64,000 bases of DNA from Somniosus microcephalus. Its lineage: Eukaryota. Shown here one piece after another: positions 41,850 through 53,922 of the stretch. Below the pieces are notes generated by a model. The model was given only the letters and a program-made list of their open reading frames with translations, was not told the origin of the DNA and did not search any database. The stretch spans positions 89,776,001 through 89,840,000 of the forward strand of contig CM126207.1 of NCBI GenBank assembly GCA_052327205.1, read 5' to 3'. A program made the translations under genes and the position numbers. Position 1 is the stretch's first letter. Each line of letters opens with the position of its first letter.

Positions 41850-42950
41850 CCTCACAGAAAGCCCATCTGGAGTGGGGATTTGCAGGCTGCCTCCTTCCTT
41901 CCTCCTCCTCCTCCTCTTCCTTCACCTGAGGTGGTCACACAACATGTGGTGGCAAGGGCTGCGTCCCCATGGTGTCCAACTTGTGAAGGATGCAGCAGAC
42001 CACCACGAATTGGGATGCCTGCTCCGGCGAGTACTGGAGGGCTCATCCTGAGCAGCCAAGGCAACGGAACCGTTGCTTGAGCACCCCAATGGTCTGCTCG
42101 ATGAGGTTCCTCATGGTAGCATGGCTCTCATTATATGATTACTGGCCATGAGTGGTGGGGTTGCGGAGGGGAGTCATCAGCCAGGTGCAGAGCGGATAGC
42201 CCTAGTCTCCGAGCAGCCACCCTCGGGTTCGATGTGGTGGCTGGAAGAGTGCTGGCACAGCAGACTGGCGCAGGATGATGGCATCATGACTGCTGCCAGG
42301 ATACTGGACATTCATCATCATGATGTGCTGTGCGTGGTCGCACACCAACTGTACATTAAGTGAATAGTAGCCTTTGCAGGTATGGAACATCTCACCATTG
42401 AGTTGCGGTGCCCGCAAAGCCACATGTGTGCAGTCAATGGCATCCTGCACCATGGGGAAGACAATATCCTGGTAAAGCGATGTGCACGCTCCTCCTGCTT
42501 CTCTCTGTTTAGAGAGAATGTAATGAAGTCCCTTCTCCTAGAGTACAGAGCCTCTGTGACCTCCCGTATGCAGCGATGGATGGCAAACTGCAAAATGTTT
42601 GCCTGTTCCAGCCTGGAAGGATTCGCTGATGAAAAAATTCAAGGCCATGATCACCTTGAGGGCCACTGGCAGAGCCATCATCGCCCTGCTCTGAGGCTGT
42701 AGGTCTGGTTCCAGGAGGTGGCAGAGTGCTGTGACCACCTCCTTGGTAAAGCGGAGCCACTGAATACACTGCTCCTGGTTTAGGCGCATTTAGGAGAAGT
42801 GCTCCCTAAAGATCCTAGGTGGGTGAGGCTGCCTGCTGAGAGCCCTCCTCCCCCTCCTCCTCCTCCCTCTGTGAGCAGCTTGACTTTGCTGTCTCTGCTC
42901 CATCTCCCTGTCATGCTGCAGTGCAAGGGGGATTGTAATTAGAGCCCCAT
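41850..42950 (-). pseudogene. Harbinger DDE transposase (HARBI1-like), frameshifted
   Basis: Fragments LRFTKE, ALNFF..SFQ, AIDCTHV, KGYYSLNVQLVCD, PGSSHDA, WLLGD*GYP, IEQTIGVLKQRFRCL. Confidence 0.9.
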
Positions 42951-45239
42951 GACTGGGAACAAGTGGTGTACTCAGAGGCCTTCCAGTTGAAGCCAACACC
43001 TTCCCAAAGTCCAGCAGCACTCCCTGCACACTTTAACAACTTTATAAATGTCTTCCAGCAAGCCAGTATTGATATAAACTCTGCAAGAGCCAGTACCAGA
43101 GAAATAATCAACTTATCTGCAAGTTGGATGTATCCCTTTACTGAAAAGACAGTACAGTGATACCACCTAGCTGCCTATTTGGCTGTGCATGTTTAGGAGA
43201 CGGCATTGATTGGAACAGCGATGTCGAAAATGGCACTTCGTGCGTAAAATCAGCGTTACATCAGCCAGCGCACGCACGTCCCACTCACACTATACCCCTC
43301 ACCAAGATGACGACCAGCACGGGCCGCGTCGGACTTGGGCAGATGCAAGGTGGCGGCCATTTTATTTCTTGAAACTAGCCTTAACTGCCGGCGCTAAGGT
43401 GCCGAATTTCACGGCCTACGTGGCTCAGTGAGGATTCTTCAATCTGATTGGTTGAAGAGCCTTGCTGTTTCTTTACCTGCTCGCAGATGCCACAGATCCC
43501 CTGTAGAAGGCACTGCGCTGGATCAGACGCCGGATAAGTGCAAATCTACGCTGAGAAGCCTGAGAAAACTTTATGGGCAGCTAGGTGAATGGTGAGCACC
43601 ATTCCTTTGCTGCTGACAGCAAAATCCGGGCCATTGTCTCATTCTATATTCTGGTTTTAGTTTTTTTTAAACTACCTTGGGAAAAATATTTTATTCACTT
43701 AAAAAAGTTATAATTACAGGGATGTTTTTAAACAAATTTAATTTTCTATATCTCCTGTGTTAACAGAATAACACCGAAAGTACAATTCCCACCAGAAATT
43801 AGCAACTGATAATGGTCCTACTTTAATTAATTGTCATTACTTGACTCAAATATATTTAATAGGTATCATATTTCATTTTTACCCATTAATAAGTTTTAGC
43901 CTCAGCTTCTTTCTCATTGTATGAAAAGACAGTACAGTGATACCACCTAGCTGCCTATTTGGCATACACAACCATAACATTTAGTCAGAATGCTCTGATA
44001 ACTGAAGATCTAGTGCTAACTAATCTTGCAATTTATTGGTATCTTATCCTTATGTTATATTATAATGCTTGTCTTTGTTTTGCCAAAGCAATCATTCCTT
44101 GATCATGCTCAAGGATCGTGTCTCCATTTTCAAAATAAATCATTTGGAAATTACAGCTTTCAATCTCCTTTACTGATTAGTCTAAGTTGTTTCTCTGCTC
44201 TTATCCTCATGATGGGGAAAGGCATCCATCACTGAACAAAAATTCATTACCAAAGATGCTTATGTACTATATTTGATTTTTAAGTGTATACAACTTGAAA
44301 GGAATATCAAGTGTTGGCATATAAATAGTGAAAATTAAGTACACATCCTGCTGTTCTTTAGATAGTCAATTCATGCATAACTCATTTAAAACATAATGGC
44401 CCAGAAATTCGGGTCTCCACGGGTGAGTACGCATGGGGTACTCACCCGTAAGCCCAATAGAAGTGCCGGTTTTGTGCATACACTGCGCATGCGTGGGAAA
44501 CCGACACTTCCGTTCCCCAGAAAGAAGGGGTTAAGAGGTGGAATGCATGCGCAGGAGAGGCAGTGCGTGCGCATTGAACTTACGTTTTTTTTCCAGGTTT
44601 CTCCGGGAAGGTAAGTCTCCAGAAGTTAGACATGTAAAAAGCAGTCGCAAGGCCTGCTTTTAACAAGGTAAGTGGTGAACTAATTAAAATTAAAACATTT
44701 TTTCCACAGGTATATTATTTTAAAATACTTTAAAGAAAGGTAAGTTTATTTTTAGCTCCGTTAGAAAATGTAATTAATTAAAAAAAAAAATTAAATTATT
44801 GTTTAAAATAGTTATTTCATGTAATTTATAGTTTACTAGCTGGAGTGCCCGGTGGTGCTGAGAGAACTTAAGAACCCTGTGGCATGTTTATAAAACTGTT
44901 GTTTAAACTGTTGGGATTGAAGAACTCTTCCTAAGCACCCAGGAGTGATATTACATTTTTCACAAAGATCAGTGTATGAGTTGAATAGGGAAATAAAAGA
45001 TTCTATCTGAGGCATTTAGAGGTCAGTTTAGAAATCAACAGTGAACATTTATTCCAATAATGTAGAACAATAGAACATTTGACAATATGCTGGAGTTACA
45101 ACGAAAGACTGAGTGAATACTCCCTCTGGTAAAGGTTTGCAAACCCAATAGGGTTGGTATTGTACAGAGTGATTTTGTAATCAATAAATGTATTCAACAT
45201 TACACTGTTAGATGTGTAATCTTGTAGTAGGTATGCAGC

Positions 45240-45725
45240 CTCTCAGATCTTGAAGAGTGCTGTTGAGTGCTTCAAGTGCCCTCTTGTGGGCCTTTGTACA
45301 CTCATTCCACACAATGAGTTTAGACTTTTGAAGCAGCTCAGCAGCAGCAGTTCCTTTGGTAATGTGACACACTGGGTGTTGTTGTCTTGTCAGATCCAGA
45401 GGGAGAGCAAAGGTTGAGTGGGCAGTGCGACCACCTTGGAGAAGAGTTGCAGCGATTCTTGATGAGGCAACAGCCAGTGCAATGAATCTCTTAGAGCGAA
45501 GGATGGCCAGAAAGAGATTTCGTAGCCTTTTGGGGGAGTAAGACAGAGCAGCTTCTGTCATCGTTGCATGCCAATGAATATCATCCTGAATGAGTCCTCT
45601 CCTGCGGCAAGCTTTTATAAAGGAGGCACAGAGATGGCCAGTGAGAGTTTTGAGGTGATTAAATGATGTTGGGCCAGCAACCTCATGGAGGAGTAGATGA
45701 AGGTGAAAGCACTCTGCGTTATTGG
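45240..45725 (-). pseudogene. Diverged, internally deleted second copy of part of the helicase region
   Basis: Aligns to ~47400-47620 joined to ~46690-46960. Confidence 0.9.
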
Positions 45726-48700
45726 AGAGCCTGTTGATAGACAACATTTTCTGTTTATCGTGAGGGTGTTAAAATAAACAGATTCTTTGATGCACCAACT
45801 CTTGAACATGCCACGTACAACTGGCCATGTGAAAAACAGGGCGTGAGTAAGTTGATGCCAGCAACCTTCAAAGTCTGCCCCTGTGCCTTGTTGATTGACG
45901 TTGCAAAAGAAATTGTCACAGGAAACTGTTGCCATTTGAATTGAAATGGCAAGTCAGTTGGTATATTGAAATTCGAGGAATGAGAACATCCTCCCCTCTG
46001 GCGCAGCCTGAGATGATGGTAGCCTCAATGAGATTTGGCATGAGCTTTTTGACTGCCAGTCTGGTTCCAATGCACAGCTTTGGTGGATATATGTTTCTTA
46101 GGAGCATGATGGGGGTGCCTTCCTTCAGTACCAGTGTGTGAGGAGGCGTTCCTGAAGGCTGCAATGAGTTGAGGAACTCAGTGGGGTAGTGTACCGCATC
46201 AGCACTGTCACAAACAGTATCAACGCTTTTATAAATTTGCTCTTGGCCAGGGAGTTTTTGAAGAAGGAGCATGTTTATGTTTTTGACAGTATCATTCCTG
46301 GGTGCAAGTATTGACCGTTCACACAGCCACTCGGGATCTTTGAAGTGATTGAGGAGGTCTGGATACACCTGTGAGATCAACTCATCAACTGTTTTGACTT
46401 GACTGCCAAAGCCTGGAGGAATTGTGATTTGACCACTGCTGTCAATTGGCAAGTTTCCTTCTCCCAATTGTAGCAAAAGTTGCGCAAAGGATTCTGTCAT
46501 CTCGTCACCATGCATATGAACACGCATGTTTGTGGTCAAATGGACTGTTTGCACATTTGACCACAGATGGGATGCCTTGAGACATGCATTGAGTTCATCT
46601 GCTGGAGTTCCTCTGGGGACAACTGGCAGGATTTGGCGGAAATCACCTGCCAGCAACAGGGTGGTGCCACCCATCAGCCTATTGTTGCCTCTCAGATCTT
46701 GAAGAGTTCTGTCGAGTGCTTCAAGTGCCCTCTTGTGGGCCATTGTACACTCATCCCACACAATGAGTCTACACTTTTGAAGCAACTCAGCAGCACCAGT
46801 TCCTTTGCTAATGTTACAGACTGGGTGTTCTTGTGTTGTCAGATCCAGAGAGAGAGCAAAGGTTGAGTGGGCAGTGCGACCTCCTTGGAAAAGAGTTGCA
46901 GCGATTCCTGATGAGGCAACAGCCAGTGCAATGTATCCCTTAGAGCGAACCATGGCCAGTAAAAGATTGATCAGGAATGTCTTTCCTGTTCCACCAGGTG
47001 CATTGAGGAAGATAATGCCACCTGCATTGTTTTGCACCATATCCACAACCAACCTGTATGTCTCTTTCTGGTCTGGAACCAATTTAGGTTCAGTGACAGT
47101 GACAAAGGAGGTCAGTTCCTCAACATTGTAGGTGGTTTCCCTGAGGACCTCTCTGTTGAGACCTGGAGAATCATTCCTATTGGGAGATGGAAGGTTCAAC
47201 TTAGTTAGAGACTTGCCAGCCAATGCCAAAGTCTTGTCCTCCAGAAGGATCAATACCTGATTGTACATTGCATCAGTGAAGTTCAGCGTCATTGTGGGGT
47301 TGGCTGTCTTGAGTTGGTGTAAGATGTCTTCTGTGAGGCTGTCTTTGTGATCTTCCCACAACTGCATCGGGTTGGAAGGGCTGCAGAGGGCAATTATAAT
47401 GGCAAAGAGGTTTCGTAGCCTATTGGGGGAGTAAGACAGAGCAGCTTCTGTCATCGTCGCATGCCAATGAATGTCATCCTCAATGAGTCCTCTCCTGCGG
47501 CAAGCTTCTTGAAAGGAGTCACATAGATGGCCAGTGACAGTCTTGAGGTTATTAAATGATGTTGGCCCAGCAACGTTATGGAGGAGTAGACAAAGGTGAA
47601 AGCACTCTGTGTTGTTTGGTTGGACCGTGTAGACTCTGCCAAGTGCATCTGATGAGTACATCCCTGTATGACCATGAACTTCCTTCTGACCTGCTCCAGG
47701 GCGCCGAGCCCGCCATGTCTTGTTTGGCTGCCAGGTGTAGTACTTGGGCACCTGATGATACAAAAGTGTCTTGGCAAAGTCATTCGTTTGGCACAACTCA
47801 AAGAATGCTGTAAGTTTTGTCTTTGGAGGTTCCTCGGCACGTTGGCTGGCATTTCCTGGTCGGGATAAAACCCTTTGTCCATTTTGCAAGTGAACATCCA
47901 ATTTAGTGACAGTGGGGTAACGGTTGTGGATGTCAAATCCAAAAGTTCGCCAGGCTGCCTCATTGCTGCAGATGTAACGGCCCATCAGATGTGTGGTGAT
48001 CTCATCATTTTGATTCTGCTGTCCAGCCGGTTGAAGATCAAAGACAGGTTGGTCACTGCCCTTATGGATGTACTTGCGCACATATTTGATAGACTTAACT
48101 GAGTGGCAGTATTCCACATTGATATGACATTTGAAGAGCCTGGATAGGAGTGGACAGTAAGGAACAATCCAACGGTTGTCAACTTCAAATGTCTGTCTTT
48201 GCTGTGTTATCTGATTTGACGGACCAGGTTGACCTGAGTCGCTAGATTTTCGAGTTCACATTCTTATCTCAGTGCTGAAACCTCCACTCTCTTTGCCCCT
48301 TCTCCTGTACAAAGGATAGCCATCATCCCCATGCTGAGTTTCTTCACGGAGTGGCTTTGGGTACCCTTTTGTACATGCATTGTTTTTCATGCAGGGAGAA
48401 GAAGGGTTGTGTCGCCCACAAGGACCATGAATCATATTTTTTACAACAACATCAAAGAGGACTGGATCCTGGTCCTTATCGGGTAGCTCTGCAGAGATGA
48501 AGGAATCAACTTGATTGGGGTGAATCTTTGCCTGAAGCCAGAGTAAAAGATGAACACGAGGAAGTCCTCTCTTCTGCCACTCAATGCTGTACATGTAGCA
48601 ATGGTGTGCACTAAAAAGTTTTCCCACAGTCAGGAGTTTGAGCAGTTTTTTAACTTTGAGGTTGAAGACCCGTGCTATGAGCTCATGCCTTTCAGTACCA

Positions 48701-50931
48701 GCTTTGGGTGGGAACTCCTGCCATTGGGGATTGCAAGTCATGGTGATGAAGAGGTCAGGTCTGCCATAGTTTCTGACATAGGTCATGGCATCTTGTGTGT
48801 GCTCATGCATGTACCTAGGACCTCCAACGAAGGTGGATGGTAGGATGACCAGTTGACCAATGTCCTCAGTGTTGCCATCATTGGCCACAGCATCTCGTAA
48901 GTGTATATCGTCTGTGACTCTCAAATGATTTTGGTTATTCCGGAACCAATTAAGCCGCTCTCCTTCTATTTTTGCATGCATGTCAGTGAGGAACTGGTGG
49001 AGAAGTCCTCCACACTGAAGCAGGTGGTTTGAAGCAGTTTGTCGCTCCATCAGCCTGTATGAATAGAATTCCATGGCAGAAACCATCTTTTGCCTTTGGG
49101 CTGATGGTGGCACACCAGTTTTGGGGTCAACATGTGGGATCTTGTTATAGGCATCGTATCCATCTTCCCCATGGCAAAACAAAAGCGGGTATTGCAGAGG
49201 ATCATATGACCTGCGAAGCTCAGAAATTCTTTTGAGTGGACCACCTCTCATATGCAAGACAATGTCCCGTTGTTCAAATTCTTGGCCCACGATGACAATG
49301 GCTACTTCATTTGTGGTCGGAGCATTGAAGCGTCGCTCATGTTCACCTGCAGGAGTCTTGTCAGCTTTGATGACAACTTTGAGGTCTTCATTTGTTGTTT
49401 TTTCAATGGCTGTTTTGAAGCTCTTAAAATATGGGTTTTGCTGATGAAGCATCTGCTGTAACCGAAGCAAAGTTTCAAGCTTGATTTGGTGTTGTTGTGT
49501 GGGGTAAACAGCAGCTTCCCTGCGGCGATTGGCTTGCTCTTCGGCATCACCCAAGAAGTAGATTTGGAGAAACTGAGGTCTTTCGTTTGGTAGAGGAAGT
49601 AGGGAGCCAGCTGTATGGTACACCTGTCCATGAACTTTAAAAGTTGGGCAAAATCCTGATTCATGCACTCTGTTTGCACCGAAAGAGGTCATTGCAAAGC
49701 AGTTGTTGTACTTTCTGATGTGAGTGAGGAAATGTGTTGAAGCTGAAGTTCGGCCGAACAGAAGTGCGTGTAGGGGTTCAGGTGGAGCTGTTAGTGTTGG
49801 AAGTTTAACCTTTCCTCCATTGCAGCATATCCCATCAATTTCCCCTTCCCACTTCAGAGCGCCACAATGAGGGCAAATGATGGTCATCTTGCCAATGATG
49901 ACTGTGGGGTCGGCTTCATATGTGATGGTGGGTCTATAGGAGAAGGCTGCTCCGAGCCAATGACTCCAAATGTCAGCTCTGGCAATGCCCCTGCGTCTAT
50001 TGGCGGCCTGGCGACGTGCCTGAGTCTGGTCAGGAGTCTCTGAGGCTCTGGCTTGGGTATGTCTCGCCTGGTCAGCAGCTTGACGTCCCTGAGTTTGGTC
50101 AGTAGTCTCTGAGGCTCTGGCTTGGGTATGTCTCGCCTGATCAGCAGCTTGATGTGCCTGAGTCTGGTCAGGAGTCTCTGAGGCTTGGGCATGTCTCGCC
50201 TGCTCAGCAGCTTGACGTGCCTGAGTCTGGTGAGGAGTCTCTGAGGCTCTGGCTTGGGCATGTCTCGCCTGCTCAGAAGTTTGACGTGCCTGAGTTTGGT
50301 CAGTAATCTCTGAGGCTCTGGCTTGGGTATGTTTCGCCTGGTCAGCAGCTTGATGTGCCTGAGTTTGGTCAGTAGTCTCTGAGGCTCTGGCTTGGGTATG
50401 TTTCACCTGGTCAGCAGCTTGATGTGCCTGAGTCTGGTCAGGAGTCTCTGAGGCTTGGACATATCTCGCCTGCTCAGCAGCTTGACGTGCCTGAGTCTGG
50501 TGAGGAGTCCCTGAGGCTCTGGCTTGGGCATGTCTCGCCTGCTCAGCAGTTTGACGTGCCTGAGTTTGGTCAGTAGTCTCTGAGGCTCTGGCTTGGGTAT
50601 GTTTCGCCTGGTCAGCAGCTTGACGTGCCTGAGTTTGGTCAGTAGTCTCTGAGGCTCTGGCTTGGGTATGTTTCGCCTGGTCAGCAGCTTGACGTGCCTG
50701 AGTTTGGTCAGTAGTCTCTGAGGCTCTGGCTTGGGTATGTTTCGCCTGGTCAGCAGCTTGACGTGCCTGAGTTTGGTCAGTAGTCTCTGAGGCTCTGGCT
50801 TGGGTATGTTTCGCCTGGTCAGCAGCTTGATGTGCCTGAGTCTGGTCAGGAGTCTCTGAGGCTCTGCGAGCCTTTTTTCGGTATGCATCAGAAGTGGTGC
50901 GTCCAACTCTGGTAGGTTTTCTTGGGGCCAT
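45719..50931 (-). pseudogene. Helitron Rep/PIF1-helicase (~1,730 aa) with in-frame stops at 48256 and 45755 and a frameshift near 45960
   Basis: Zn motif CPHC..CC; Rep motifs PDLFITMTCNP, EWQKRGLPRVH, KYVRKY; helicase motifs [37 protein letters not shown]; C-terminus TENVVYQQALQ*. Confidence 0.95.
50014..50856 (-). repeat. Coding tandem repeat with 69/63-bp units (23/21 aa), 12 full units plus a partial unit
   Basis: ETTDQTQARQAADQAKHTQARAS and variants. Confidence 0.95.
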
Positions 50932-51081
50932 GCTGTAATGAAAATAGAAAAAATATTTTATTATATATATAAATGAATCTGTCTGTCTGTCTGTCTGTGA
51001 AGGAGAGCGAGAGAGGGGGAAGGAGAGATAGAGAGGGGGAAGGAGAGAGAGAGAGAGAGGGAAGAGGAGAGAGAGAGAGAG

Positions 51082-52823
51082 AACATAAGAACATAAGAAC
51101 ATAAGAAGTAGGAGCAGGAGTAGGCCATACGACCCCTCAGGCCTGCTCCGCCATTCAATAGGATCATGGCTGATCCGAATCTAGACTCACGTCCACTTCC
51201 CTGCCCTCTCCCCGTAACCCCTAATTCCCTTATCTGCTAGGAAACTGTCTATCTCCATTTTAAATTTATTTAATGTTGTAGCTTCCACAGCTCTCTGGGG
51301 TAGCAAATTCCATAGATTTACTACCCTCTGAGTGAAGAAGTTTCTCCTCATCTCAGTTTTGAAAGGGCAGCCCCTTATTCTTAGATTATGCCCCCTAGTT
51401 CTAGTCTCACCCATCAGTGGAAACATCCTCCCCGCATCCACCCGATCAAGCCCCCTCACAATCTTATATGTTTCAATAAGATCGCCTCTCATTCTTCTGA
51501 ACTCCAAAGAGTAGAGTCCCAACCTACTCAACCTTTCCTCATACGTCAACCCCCTCATCTCCGGAATCAACCGAGTGAACCTTCTCTGAACCGCCTCGAG
51601 AGCAAGTATATCTTTTCTTAAATATGGAAACCAAAACTGCATGCAGTATTCCAGGTGTGGCCTCACCAATACCTTTTTTACTGCAGCAAGAGTTCCCTGT
51701 TTTTATACTCCATCCCCCTTGCAATAAAAGCCAAGATTCCATTGGCCTTCCTGATCACCTGCTGCACCTGCATACTAACTTTTTGTGTTTCATGCACCAG
51801 GACCCCCAGATCCCTTTGTACTGTAGCACTTTGCAGTTTCTCTCCATTTAGATAATAACTTGCTCTTTGATTTTTTCTGCCAAAGTGCATAACCTCACAC
51901 TTTCCAACATTATAGTGCATCTGTCAAATCTCTGCCCACTCACTTAGCCTGTCTATGTCCTTTTGCAGGTTTTTTATGTCATCCTCACTCATTGCTTTCC
52001 CTCCCATCTTTGTATCATCGGCAAACTTGGATATGTTGCACTCGGTCCCTTCCTCCAAATCTTTAATATAGATTGTAAAGAGTTGGGGTCCCAGCACTGA
52101 CCCCTGTGGAACACCACTAGTTACTGATTGCCAGCCCGAGAATGAACCATTTATCCCAACTCATTGTTTTCTGTTAGATAGCCAATCTTCCACCCATGCC
52201 AGTATATTACCCCCAATCCCGTGATTTCTTATCTTGATCAGTAATCTTTTGTGTGGAACCTTGTCAAATGCCTTTTGGAAGTCCAAATACACTACATCCA
52301 CTGGTTCCCCTTCATCCACCCTGTATGTTACATCCTCAAAGAATTCGAGCAAATTTGTCAAACATGACTTCCCCTTCATAAAACCATGCTGATTCTGTCC
52401 TATTAAATTATGTTTATCCAAATGCTCTGTTACTGTTTCCTTAATAATGGACTCCAACATTTTGCCAACCACAGATGTTAGGCTAACTGGTCTATAGTTT
52501 CCAGCTTTTTGACTACTTCCCTTCTTAAATAAGGGTGTTACATTAGCAGTTTTCCAATCTGCCGGGACCTTTCCTGAGTCCAGGGAGTTCTGGAAAATAA
52601 TCACCAATGCATCCACAATCCCTACCGCCATTTCTCTCAAGACCCTAGGATGTAGGCCATCAGGTCAGGGGGATTTATCCGCCTTAAGTCCCATTATTTT
52701 AATGAGTACCAGCTCCTTAGTGATTTTAATCGTCTTTAGCTCCTCCCCCCCCATTGCCCCCTGTTTGTCCAGTGTTGGGATATTTTTAGTGTCCTCTACT
52801 GTAAAGACTGATACAAAATATTT
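51082..52823 (-). mobile_element. 5'-truncated CR1 inserted in a (GA)n tract inside Helitron A
   Basis: (TTCTTATG)n tail. KSP..D, NYRPVSLTS, YLDFQKAFD, GVPQGSVLGP, FADD. Confidence 0.95.
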
Positions 52824-53922
52824 GGGAAGGAGAGAGAGAGAGAGGGAAGGAGAGAGAGAGATGGCGTTGTTGGGGCCCACATTGAAGTGCCGCCATGATC
52901 AAAGATGGCGTCACGAGGAAATTGTCATGCCAGCAGGATCAAATATGGTGCTGTTGTTTCCCCACATTGAGGTGCTGCCATGATCAAAGATGGCGGTGAT
53001 GGCTGCGCTCTGCTCCGTCCCGCCCGCCTTCACCAAGATGGCAGCGATCATGGGCCGCTGGTTTGGAATTGGGCCCAGCGGGACGGGCGGTGCCTAGCTC
53101 AGGCGTGGCTGGTGAGGAGAGGCCGAGGCTTCGAGGCCTGAGGCCTGCAGGCAGCTCATCCACCGTCGAGGGGGGGAAAGGCTGAGTCCCAGGCGCGCGC
53201 CTGCAAACGGAGCCGAGCCCCGGGACCGGGCCGAGGGGGGGAAAGCCCGAGTCCCCGGCCCCGGACGCCCATTGGGCCTGCCCGCACCGCGCACCATCGC
53301 TGATCCGCTCCGGCCGGCCGCCGCCGCTTGAGGAGTTAATGTCTCCGGCCAGCTGCCGCCGCTTGAGGTTTGAATAAAGTTGACAGGAGTGAGGAGGGAA
53401 GTCGTCTCTCTGCACCTTTGCTCAAGAATCCTGCTGAAACACTGAGCGGGAGTGGGATACTGTGCCGGAGCCGCAATGTGGAGGTTTGTTGTGCTGGTGC
53501 TGCCGCTGTCGGTATTAAAAAAATGGCGGCAACGTTCGGCGACATTTGGGGAGGCTGCAGGATTAGGCCCACCCACACATGGAATGAAACGCCCCCTGTG
53601 ACGCACCGATTGGTCAACCATCAGGTCATTGAACTGTAGGATTGGTCAACCATCACGTCACTCAACGCTAATGAGCGGTAGGATTGGTCAACCGTTAATG
53701 AGCGGATTTTTGAGGATTTTTGAAAGTTTTTTGTATACTGTCCGAACAGGTTTTGTCTGACCAAAACGTAAATATGCCTATGACACTCCCCTGATCATCA
53801 GCTTTCTTTTGATATAACATATGTGTTGGTACACTCTATAACTTTTGAGTGTATAGCGGACAGACAGACAGACAGACATACATACAGACAGACACCACTA
53901 TCCTTTTATATATATAGATAGA

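Larger units (their letters stand above)
40517..43416. mobile_element. Degenerate PIF/Harbinger transposon with convergent Myb/SANT and transposase genes (alternative right end at 43632)
   Basis: Termini GGGGGCAAAATTCG / CGAATTTCACGGCC and the two-gene layout typical of Harbinger. Confidence 0.85.
44836..53922 (-). mobile_element. Helitron A (formerly autonomous)
   Basis: 5' end TCTATCTATATATATAAAAG followed by (GTCT)n. 3' end is GC-rich CAGCACCACCGGGCAC..CTAG followed by T. Encodes Rep-helicase. Confidence 0.92.

Noticed and set aside
41850-42950. Domesticated HARBI1 gene
   Set aside because: Multiple frameshifts and stops, plus TIRs and a Myb partner, show it is a decayed transposon.
44844-44863. 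REST/RE1-like site (TCAGCACC..GG.CA)
   Set aside because: Spacing and right half do not fit the consensus. It is the Helitron 3' terminal sequence.
50014-50856. CRISPR-like array
   Set aside because: Contiguous in-frame coding repeats with no unique spacers, no cas genes, and a eukaryotic context.
49884-50906. Alternative-frame repeat ORFs (PKPEPQRLLT..)
   Set aside because: Shadow frames of the 69-bp coding repeat.
50932-51102. N-terminal 57 aa of the 948-aa ORF
   Set aside because: Translates the CR1 tail and (CT)n microsatellite. The likely start is the ATG at 50931, just after a splice acceptor.
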